From NCBI GenBank assembly GCA_026026165.1, contig JAPEUD010000041.1, positions 1-64,000 of the forward strand: DNA of 64,000 bases. The letters are read 5' to 3'. Positions 14,233 through 24,661 of this stretch are shown piece by piece. Every line of letters begins with the position of its first letter. Positions within the stretch are counted from its first letter, which is position 1. The notes under the pieces are model-generated. The model was not told the origin of the DNA. It saw nothing but the letters and a program-made list of their open reading frames with translations, and did no database searches. The translations under genes and the position numbers were made by a program. Origin of the DNA: Sarea resinae. Taxonomy: Eukaryota.

Positions 14233-16191
14233 GAGAATGGAAGATTTCTTTCTCCGTCGAGACGTCGATGACGGGACGCCAGAGCGGGAAGGGGAATTGT
14301 GATTGTCGATAGTCGATTGTCAGTCGGTCATGTCAGTCTGGCAGTCTGTAGCAGGTATGGAAGGTACTGTAGGTTGGATGGATTCGCCGGTCGCGTAAAT
14401 TGGAGAGGACGGCTAATCCCCAAAGGAGGCAGGGACGCAGGACGCAGCAGTGCAGCGAGGACGAACAATAATAATGGGCGAGTGAGGGCCAGGAAGCATC
14501 GAGGTACCACGGGGGCGAGTATCGTGATGGAGATTACATATGGCTTGCGGCCGGAATGCGCAGCAGCAAAGGGACGGCTCTACTTGGGCGCTGGTACCGG
14601 TCCAGGTTGCTTGACCTCACTTGCCGCTTCACGTTGTTTTGTCGTCTGGTCGTGGTGAATGGACCTTTGCTGTCTCACTCTCTCGACGAGTACCTGGCTC
14701 CATATTACCTGAGGTACGCAGTGCCGACCTGCTGTCCGCTCCTCTATCCTCTCTCCTCCCTCTCCTCTCCTCCCTCCTCTCTCCTCCCTCCCACTGCGGT
14801 CCTCACTCCATGGCAACGCAGCAGAACAGAGCAGAGCAACAGGGAAACACAGCGGGAGCCTCGCTTACGTGTCTGATTGGAGGACCAGGCACGGCGAATG
14901 AAGGTGCCTGCGTACCTGAGAGAACTGGCAGTATCGAGTACATACATAGTAGTAGTACGGCGTACGAGTGCAGGATGCTCATAGTACATTGGACATGCTT
15001 GGATGCTTCCTTGCTCTCTCTCCAGCTGCTACCGGCCTTGCTGTGGGGCGTCAAGGAGACGGCGCGAAAATGCGACAATCAAGACGGCGCGGCGCACCAC
15101 CTGCACCCATGAGAGTCCTGTACAAATGAGGTATCATTACATACGCTGTATGTGCTGAAGTAGTGCACACCCATCCATCCTCCCGATATCAAACTCCATG
15201 GGCAGAACCAGCTGCGCATAGCAGCGATGATGTCCCACCGTGCCCGTGTGTCAGTGTCCACGGTCGCCGTGTCAGTGTCAGACAGAGTAATAATAGACCA
15301 TGACATCCGGAATGGTCGTGCCCTGTGGTTCGGGCAGGCATTCGCTAGTGCAGGTCCCCGACGGCGGCACACCACACAAGCACCAAGCACCACGGTCGGA
15401 ATAGGGATAACGGTCGAGTTCCCAATCCGAAATCTTGGCCGACTCAGGGGCCAGGGCGAGGTACCTCACTAAGGTACCTATTCCGGAGTACCGTACCTAC
15501 CGTAGTCAAGGTACCTGGTCAGAAAAGACGTCGGCCAAGAGAGGGTCCGAAGGGCTGCGGGTCGCCGTCGTACCGGATACCTCAATGGCAGGTAGCGATT
15601 GCATCTGCTACGTCCGACATCTGTCTGGCCTAGAGGTATCGTCTACCTCGACTTGGTAAGCGATGCAGATGGAATCGATTGAGAAACAATCGGCGTCCAA
15701 GGTACTTCATAGGGGCGGCCGCGGACCGGACTTTCTCCTCATGGCACAAGGCCGGGCGAGCTCGCAGCTGCAATTACCACCATGACATCATCCATCACTT
15801 TCAATCTCGCTTCCCTCCAGCTTGCAGGGCTTCATCGACCATCTCCAGGGCTCCAAAGACGTCAAGACGGCAAACCCGGAGATGATCTTGCCCGCTCCGC
15901 CAAGTAGCACTGTACGGAGTACATACTGGAATAGCCTAGTCTAGGGTTCACAGAGGATCGACTTCTCCAACTATGACGTTCTCCAGTCCAGGCTTCTACT
16001 ATGTAGGACCTCACCAGGCCAAACAGGGCTCGACGACATTATTCCTGTACAATCCCTACCGATATCAATCACTATACCTAGACCGCCAGTCGTAGCCCAA
16101 CCTCAAATGCAGCAGATAGTCCTCCCAGAGTAGTAGATCGAAAAGGCAAAACACGCTTCAATGCTGATACGGGGTATCTTCCTTCCTGACG

Positions 16192-18534
16192 CTAGACAGA
16201 ATCAATTTCTTCCTTGGGCAAGAATGCCCAGATCGTCCCGATCACGGCCATGATGGCACAGACGATCATCAAAAACCAGTCCAGAATTCTCTCCTTGAGA
16301 CTGATCTTGTTGCCGAAAAGCTTGAGGTAGAATGCTATCGGCAGAATGATGCATATCGTAAAGCACGCCGCCGAACCGAGTAACGCCATGATGCGGTCAA
16401 AGGATGGAAAGACGATGGCGACGGCGACGAAGACAATAGTAGTCAGGATCCGGATGACGACTTTCAAAATCCCCCGCTTGAGCCCAGACATGCCATCGAG
16501 TGGGGGCGAGCTCGACATGGCGCGGATATCGATACCAGCCAAGACTTCCAACGTGCTGACGATTGGGCGAGCACTATGAAGAAGTCAGCGAATACGATCT
16601 ACGCAGGGCGAGAAAAAGAACCTACTTCAGGGGAATCTTGGTGAGCGGAATGATGGCAATAAATATTACTATAAAGACGGACAATGTACGGGGATAGCCT
16701 GTGGTAAGCAGGATGCTGGACGTCACTTCATCTCGGACCCCGTCGCCAAACATTAGTAGGCCAGCTACTGCCATGCTAACGTCGAGCAGATACTAAACGC
16801 TTTATTAGTTGGAGCTTTCAAGATCTCGAGGGGGGGGCTTTACCGTGAAAGCAAAAGTAACCTTGAGACCGCCGTTGTACTTCTGCGGATGGCGCATATC
16901 TCGGTATATATTAGGGAAGACACTGTGACCTCCCCACGGGGCTAAAGAATGTTTATCAGCGTCGCTGGAAAAAGACAGGAGGGACAAGAGATTTACACAT
17001 TAGGAGCCCAAGACTCAATGGCACGGTTGACCAATTCTTGGGAAACAGGTATGTCGGTGCAGGCTCTCGTAGAGACCCTGGTGTATGCGGCTTGATAAAG
17101 CCATCAATAAAAACGATAGCGACAACTGCCCAGCCTGTCAGTAGGATTTTATTTCCGGAGTAATGAGCGAGAGCTTACTGCTAAAGCAGGAGAAGATGCC
17201 CAAAATACTGGAGAAGCTAAGCATGCGTAGAGGCAAGAATCCCAACGGTATGAGGATGATGCCGCATACGATCTTCCACTCAATTATACCCAATGCTGGG
17301 ATGAGGGCATTAAGACTATCAGCGAATAGAACGACTAGAGCCACACACGCTGCAATAAGCTCGAGGAAGAAAAGTATGCTGGTTGCGATCCGCGCCTTGT
17401 GACCGAAAGAAATGTACGCCAGGTCAGCAAATGTGACCAAGGAATGATCCACATCAAGGCATTTTGCCAAAAGAGTGGCAGTATATCCTGTTGATATAGC
17501 AGAGAATAACAGGAAGAGCATGCCGATTAACCAGCCTGCATATCTGATGCCCAGTGGCAAACTCAGAAGTCCAACGCCAATGAGTACATTGACGGAGTTG
17601 AAAATTGTCTGGTAGATGGTCGATTGACCGACTACCACATTGATCAGCTTGCCGTCGTCACGCTCAACCCGCTTGACAAGGAGAGGCTCGTGCTCCTTGT
17701 CATGCTCTTCGGATCCTGCAGCTTGTTGCTCTCTCCATAAATGTCCTGCGTGCCGCATGGAGGATTCGTTAATTCGCGATCCAAGGGTCCCGTAGCTAGC
17801 TCCATAGCTTCCAGCCCCAGTAAAAGGTGACGTGAATAGAGGACTAGCAGACAAGAGACTATCGTTCCGCTCTCCAGCAGATATTTGACGAGACCGTTGT
17901 GTACCAGAGCCTTCTCCAGCGATTTGACTTTGTTCATCGTCTTCTAAAGCGGCCTCGGATAGGCTCTCTTCATTGTCGAATTGCTGCCGCAATAATGATC
18001 TTTCCGACTGAGGATGGCCCTCCTCGTCACTGCGTCTAAATTCATCGTCGTTGCTGCCATCATCGGAGTAAACAAAGGAAGGACGGGCCGGGGCGATTTC
18101 GAAGAAATTAGCAGCGCGCTGCCAGGAGCGAGCAAAATTTTCAATGCTATTCACCCCGCCAACTTGCCGTAATGAGTTGAAGCGCATCGACATGGAGGAT
18201 CTATAGACGCGACAGTTTCTGTTAGCTTCGAGAGATTCGGGCTACTGAAACATAGATGCAGAGGTCCAAGGGGCTTCGAGCATCCTCATTCCAAGGTGCT
18301 AGGTCCAGTAGAGGGAAAATTCAGCAAGGGAAGAACCTACCGACGTCTCCGTAAGTCTCCATCAAGGCCATTTGAACCCCAACGACCTTGGGGTATGTTT
18401 TCGGGAAACGAAGAAGCATTCTGCGAGGTCTGACTGAACTGCACCTGTGCTCGGCTCGGACTCAAACCTATCGGGCAAATTTGAGCATGGGCACCGTCGC
18501 GAACGAATTCGTCCTTCTCACCTGGGCTATCCAT
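16192..18534 (-). CDS. avt1: Vacuolar amino acid transporter, Avt1-like (Aa_trans/AAAP family), multi-exon
   Basis: GGVNSIENFARSWQRAA, GQSTIYQTIFNSVNVLIGVGLLSLP, PWGGHSVFPNIYRDM and many transmembrane segments. The start ATG at 18534 is inferred through intron 18202-18340. Confidence 0.9.
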
Positions 18535-19935
18535 GACAGAACTCAAGAAAATGTGTTGTTGATCTGGCTGGAGGATTATTCATGGGCACCGCGATTGAGT
18601 CGTAGAGCTAAGCCTCGGAATTACGGGGCAGAGTCCCCAGAAGGCCCGCCGGATGGTTCGATGCTAGAAGCTGCAGCGCTTTCCTTATCTATCAAGACTA
18701 AAGCCAAGGATGTATGGGAAAATCGCAGTCGCTCGGCAACTCAAAGTAACGCTCTCTCGAGGCAGGGAGAGAATATGAAGATGCACTCAAAGGTTCGAAG
18801 ATGTAAACATATTTTTCTATCTGTCTTAGGGGTCTTCCGTACTCGACAGAACCAACGACAGGAGAAGAGGAGGGGTATCAACGGATCACGACGAGAAGAG
18901 GCTCGTGTGCCTCTGATCTGAGGAACCTGCCGGCAACAGCTCGGAAGGGATAAGATCATCTACTACGGCAGGGAGGTAGTGGAGTTTACGGAGCGCTCTA
19001 GCATGATGGCCTTGGGCTACTGGGGAGGTAGGAGACCCGTTGGCGTTTGGGCCGAAGTACGGGCAGGTAGGGAAAGATAAGGAACAACCTCCATCAAATC
19101 CATCGTCCTTTGAATCATGCACACGGCTCTGCTACCCCGAGCCCATTGCCCGAATTGTCTTGTCATCCATGGATCCATGGATGAGTGCGGCTCCATCAAA
19201 AGTCGCGGATATTGAGGATCGACTACTCTACTGTAGAGTACTCCATCGTAATACTCTGTGTACATACTCTACTCCGAGTAGTAGTGGGGTCTGAGGGTGC
19301 ATGGGGAAGAAGAATCAGTCCCTACGGAGTACTCTCTGCGCACGCACGTGATCAAAGCAGATCCGGTGTACGAATACTCGTCTTGCGTACCTCAGGGAAG
19401 TGGACGGAGCAAGGTACCTACCTTGCGGAGGACTTCTAGGGACTCGGGCTGACTGATCTTGGGCAGCCCTCGGGCAGGTACCTTGTGAGTCCACGGTGAC
19501 GCGGTGTGAGTCTGAAGTGACTGACCCTTGGTCTTTTGGGTGACGTCCCAATGTCCTTCGTCTCTAGGTACCTGAGGTACCTAAGGTACCTATAGTAACC
19601 AAGGTAGTACCTACTGCTGTACGAAGTACGAAGTACATGAGAATTTTAGCCCACACCCGCACCCACCACCACCACCTCTCGAACCATTGTTGCCCACCCT
19701 CTGCTGCCCCACAGCCATTTCTCACCACCGGAATTTATCTGGTGAGGTTGTCGTTGTTCTATTTGCCAAGCCTCTGCTTCTTCAAAACTTCCTTCGTTCC
19801 TGGCTCCCGCCCGTCTGGACACGACACGACCCGACCCTCTATTGTTCCGTCATATTGCGAGCCGAGAGGAGCACTCCTCGTTCAACTTCCCCCGCCTTCT
19901 GGCATTGCTGTCCTTTGCCTTCACTGTAGCCCAGC

Positions 19936-21404
19936 ATGAGTTCACAGCAGGCCAACGAGGCCGAGAAGAACATCGAGATATGGAAGGTCAAGAAGTTGAT
20001 CAAACGCCTGGAAGCCGCCCGAGGAAATGGAACCTCCATGATCTCACTCATCATCCGTGTGTGACCCTTGGTGCCCTGCCGTCGCCCACCGCCATACTGA
20101 CATGCATCTCTCACAGCGCCAAAGGATCAAGTCTCTCGATCGGCCAAAATGTTGGCGGAAGAATATGTAAGTTGCCCGCTGAGGAAATTATTTCGAGGAC
20201 TCGTGCTAATGTCAACAGGGCACGGCCTCAAATATTAAATCTCGAGTCAATAGGCTGTCCGTGCTTTCAGCCATCACCTCTACGCAGCAGAAACTCAAGC
20301 TCTACTCCAAGGTCCCCACGAACGGTCTCGTCATATACTGTGGTGAAATCATCACATCGGAGGGAAAGGAACGGAAGATCAACATCGACTTTGAGCCTTT
20401 CAAGCCAATCAACACGTCGCTCTACCTCTGCGATAATAAATTCCACACCGAGGCGTTGAGTGAGCTTCTAGAATCCGATCAAAAATTTGGTTTCATCATT
20501 ATGGACGGCAACGGTGCATTGTTTGGGACACTCAGTGGCAACACCAGAGACGTTGTCCATAAATTCTCGGTCGACTTGCCAAAGAAGCACGGTCGAGGTG
20601 GACAGTCTGCTCTGCGTTTCGCACGTCTCCGAGAGGAAAAGCGTCATAACTACGTCCGTAAAGTGTCTGAGTTAGCTGTCCAGAACTTCATCACCAACGA
20701 TAAGGTCAACTGTGCAGGGCTCATCCTCGCAGGTTCTGCTGACTTCAAGAATGATCTGAACCAATCGGACATGTTCGATCAACGTCTGCAGAGCAAGGTC
20801 ATCAAGGTCGTCGACGTCTCCTATGGTGGAGAGAACGGCTTCAACCAAGCTATTGAGCTGGCGGCAGAGACCTTGAGCAACGTCAAATTCATCCAGGAGA
20901 AAAAGCTAATTGGCAAGTACTTTGACGAGATTAGCCAAGATAGCGGAAAAGTCTGTTATGGTGTCGATGACACCTTGAAAGCTCTGGAGGCGGGAGCTGC
21001 CGAAACCCTCATTGTTTACGAGAACTTGGAAATCACTCGCTGGGTCCTCAAATCGTCGGCAGGCTCTGATGTCGTCATCCACACCACTAAGGCTCAGGAG
21101 TCAGACCGCGAACTCTTCATGGATAAGGAGACTGGCCAAGAGATGGAAGTCGTGGAGCAAGGGCCTTTCCTTGAGTGGCTCGCGGAGCACTATCATGAGT
21201 TTGGTGCCACCCTGGAGTTCGTGTCCGATCGCTCCAGTGAAGGCAACCAGTTTGTGAAAGGGTTTGGTGGCATTGGTGCAATCTTGCGTTACAAGCTCAA
21301 CTTTGAGCAGTTAGCTGATTTCGATGACGAAGACGAGTTCTACGATGGTATGTCAAATCTTCTAATTCGGAAGACCATATATGCTCATGCGCCATCTAGA
21401 TTGA
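19936..21404 (+). CDS. sup45: Eukaryotic peptide chain release factor 1 (eRF1)
   Basis: [42 protein letters not shown] and GGQ motifs. Introns at about 20057-20116, 20167-20218 and 21348-21399. Protein ends DEFYDD-TGA. Confidence 0.98.
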
Positions 21405-21591
21405 CGGTGTAGACACCTCGCAATGAGCGAGGAAGCCAGCCAAGACATCCCGTCCGGGGACGTACCGGTGGCTCCTCGCGAAGAGCGTCCACAGAACGCT
21501 CGTGGGGAGGAGACAAGGCCGGAGTCGCCTATGCGTTTCCGCGCCAGAATTTGAATGTGGCAATGTGACACTGGAGATCGTTGCGCGACTG

Positions 21592-21643
21592 GTAAGTGCG
21601 TTGAGGAGAAAATGAGTCATACATCATACTTATTACGCTACAG
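21592..21643 (+). other. Predicted 3'UTR intron of eRF1
   Basis: Consensus donor G|GTAAGT and acceptor CTACAG; 52 nt, the same size as other introns here. The branch site is weak (CTTAT). Confidence 0.7.
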
Positions 21644-21891
21644 ACCAAGACACGGCCGAACTGGAAGGCTGGAGCCTCGAGAAGAGCCTGTCAATCTTCG
21701 GCTTTCGACTTCTGGATTACAATGTATGCCGAATGGCCCATGATGGTGGAGTTGGCTGTCAAGGCCGGTCGCTATGTCCGTCTTGTCTGAGGCGATGGCC
21801 GGGTATCTCTGTGGATGAGCTGGCCTGGTTATTTGTTCCTCTCAGAATAGGATAGATGCGATATAGGATCAAGAAAATCGAGATTGATTGA

Positions 21892-21931
21892 TGACTCTTA
21901 CCATGCTACAAATGTGAAAATCGCGTGACTC
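21892..21931 (+). promoter_or_regulatory. Two TGACTC (Gcn4/CpcA-like) sites upstream of prephenate dehydratase
   Basis: TGACTC at 21892 and 21926, about 300 nt upstream of an amino-acid biosynthesis gene. Confidence 0.4.
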
Positions 21932-22215
21932 GATCCCCCAATCTAAACCCCGCAGGCGTGAACCTTGACAAGATACTTCTCCTGGTCGGTTGAGATTCAC
22001 CTTGATCTCAATCGCAAAGCTTTGTGCCTGATGTTCGTTCTGGGAACGGAAGTTGGATGCCTACCGTGTATAGTAGCATCGTGGGTAGGGCTCACCTCTG
22101 GGATTCCCTTTGACGATGCGACAATTCGACTTCCGACCACCAAACTTCTCCCTGCTCGGTAGTGTGTAGGCACCTATGGAGAACATCGCCCGCTGTGGAG
22201 CACCCAATTCTCCGC

Positions 22216-23329
22216 ATGACGAACGATAGCCGCTCTGTGGCCTATTTGGGGCCCAGAAACTCGTATTCACACCAGGTGAGTGTGCTCGTCGATAGAGACG
22301 TGCTAGCAGGTCCTCGTCTCGGAAGCATTTGTCGTTCGCTGACCACCCTGTCAAGTAGGCAACTCTAAAATACTTCCAGCATGAAGATTGTGCATTTGAA
22401 CCACAAGTCTCGATTCAAGGTTTGCAGATGATTTACTCCTAGCCTTTCAGATACGATTCCTAAGATACCATTGCTTAGATATCTTCGAGGCTGTCCAAGC
22501 CGAGACAGTGTGGCGGGGGGTGGTGCCTTTCGAGAACAGCACCAACGGCTCTGTAGTCTATACCCTGGACCTCTTCGCCGACCGTCAGAACCAATTCCCG
22601 AACATCTCGGTTTGCGGTGAGGTCTATCTCGATGTTCATCACTATCTGCTCGGCCATGCGCCGTCCTCCGAGCTACCTGCAGGACACGGCACGAGCTCTG
22701 AGCTGGGAGACGACCTGAAGCGGCCACTTACATCATTGGATAATATAAAGTACCTCTACTCGCATCCACAGGCCTTCGGCCAGTGCGAAGTGTTCTTATC
22801 GAGATACCTCAAAGGCGTCGAACGACAGGAAGTCTCGTCGACATCGAAGGCGGCTGAGCTGGTGATGCGGGACACGAGCGGAAGCAGCGCTGCTATCGCC
22901 AGCAAGATGGCCGGTGACTCACAGGGGCTGGACTTCCTTGCCAAGGATATCGAGGACAGGGAGGATAACACGACACGGTTTCTGGTTCTGAAGAAGGTTG
23001 TCGAACAGAAGGAGCAGATCACACGGCAGGGCGGGGGGCTGGACGATAGACGGCATTGGAAAACTCTTGTCTCTTTTACCATCGATCATCGAGTGCCTGG
23101 GGCATTGGCGGATGCTCTGATGGTGTTCAAAACATATGATCTCAGCCTTACAAATTTCAACTCGAGGCCGAGCGGTGTTGAGCCATGGAATTACATATTC
23201 TTCGTGGAGTTTGGAGGAAGTCGGCAAGACGATCCGCAAGGTCGTGTTGAGAGCGCATTACAGGATCTAGGAAGGATAGCTCGGGCATGGAGATGGCTAG
23301 GAAGTTGGAGGGACGAGTTGCAGAGATGA
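22216..23329 (+). CDS. pha2: Prephenate dehydratase, 3 exons
   Basis: VAYLGPRNSYSHQ|A..|DIFEAV..GVVPFENSTNGSV..YSHPQAFGQC..NTTRFLVL and a C-terminal ACT domain (NSRPS..WNYIFFVE). Confidence 0.95.
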
Positions 23330-23623
23330 GCGGACCATGTGCTGATGAATGATGATATGCAAGTGTTTGATAGAAGCGATATGGCATTGATACATTTCAC
23401 TGCGCATAAGCGCCGTGTACACATTCAAAGGGCTCCAGCAGCTTCACCAAATCGTGCGCAGTCTTTGCTGTGCTTCCCTAGGGCCGAAGTCCAGAACATA
23501 TTCGCGCAATTTGTGTTAGCTCCCAACCCCACTTCTTCGCCCGTCACTCTTCCTCTCTTCCTATGCCGCCCAGCTTTTACTGACTCTTTGAAGGCTCGAC
23601 GAAATAGATATCGATGACAATAT

Positions 23624-24292
23624 TTACAGCATCCATTTTCCTCTGGCCACCATACCTGCTTTTGCTTCCTCCCAAATATCTCTTCCAAACTTGTACACCC
23701 ATTCGCCGTGCAGGCGATTCCCCTTCCTCTCTTTCTCAACATCTCCGAGGCCCATGGATCTCATCAGACCGCGCCATGGTTCGTTATCACGTCTCGTCTC
23801 AATCAGCATATGCTCGCAACGCAGCACATACAGCCCATACTCGACCGTTGCGCACAGCGCCTCGAGAGCATAGCCCTTGCGCCAGTGCAAGTGATCGATC
23901 ATGATTCCCGTGTCTCCAATACGGAACTCCTTGGCAGAGCCATCCGGAGTGCGAGCGAAGTTCAGCGAGTTGAAGCCCCCAAAGCCGATAAGCGTACCAG
24001 CGCCATCATCCCTATTCTCCATCGTCGATGTGACAACTGGCAGGTCCGACGCATCTCGGAGGATGATGACCATAAATGCACTTTCGCCGCGCTCGGCGGC
24101 GGCCGTCCAGTCGACGATGCGATTCTGATAGACCTCGATGGATAAATCAGGTTCGACTGGCATGAATGGACTGTTGGCGGGATCTATACGCAGGTGTGCG
24201 ATCGCCGGCGCATCGTCCGGGACTGCGCTGCGGAGAATGAGGCGCGGGGTATCGATCTGGTGGTGATGAGCACGGCAAGTTGATGTGGCCAT
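23624..24292 (-). CDS. GNAT acetyltransferase (RimJ/RimL-like), intronless
   Basis: IDTPRLILR N-terminus, LIGFGG, acetyl-CoA motif HWRKGYALEAL, and NEPWRGLMRSMG. Confidence 0.85.
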   Translation of the reverse strand: MATSTCRAHHHQIDTPRLILRSAVPDDAPAIAHLRIDPANSPFMPVEPDLSIEVYQNRIVDWTAAAERGESAFMVIILRDASDLPVVTSTMENRDDGAGTLIGFGGFNSLNFARTPDGSAKEFRIGDTGIMIDHLHWRKGYALEALCATVEYGLYVLRCEHMLIETRRDNEPWRGLMRSMGLGDVEKERKGNRLHGEWVYKFGRDIWEEAKAGMVARGKWML

Positions 24293-24661
24293 CTCGTCCT
24301 CGAGCGCGGCTAGCTATACATATGCGCAAATAGAAGGACTGTCCCCGTAGGAGCCTTATATGCTCAGACGACTGTCACCCGCCGTCAACGTCAGCTTGAG
24401 GCATGATTGTCCCAGCCGAGAATATGTGAGGGGATGATACTGTAAGCATTGAGCAAGGAAACAGGCTTGAATCATGCATGTCCTTATCGATTAGGGCGAT
24501 TGCGCTTAGCGAGCAAAATAGAAAAATCCGGGGAAAGGGTCTAGTGATACATTACGGTACAAAATACGCGCGCATCAACCCCACACCCTTCCATTCTGCT
24601 TCACTTCCATCGCCGACACTCGGCCAGATGAGGGCAGTGAGCGGTCGCGACGTCTCACAAG

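Noticed and set aside
19637..19939. 100-aa ORF whose stop overlaps the eRF1 ATG (ATGA)
   Set aside because: It starts among promoter-like GTAC motifs, probably upstream of the TSS, and has no protein-like features.
23330..23617. Long open frame after the pha2 stop (similar ones follow the Htd2-like and bmt2 stops)
   Set aside because: The pha2 stop is UGA-G, a poor readthrough context. The extensions look non-coding or low-complexity, end in no PTS1 and have no supporting architecture.
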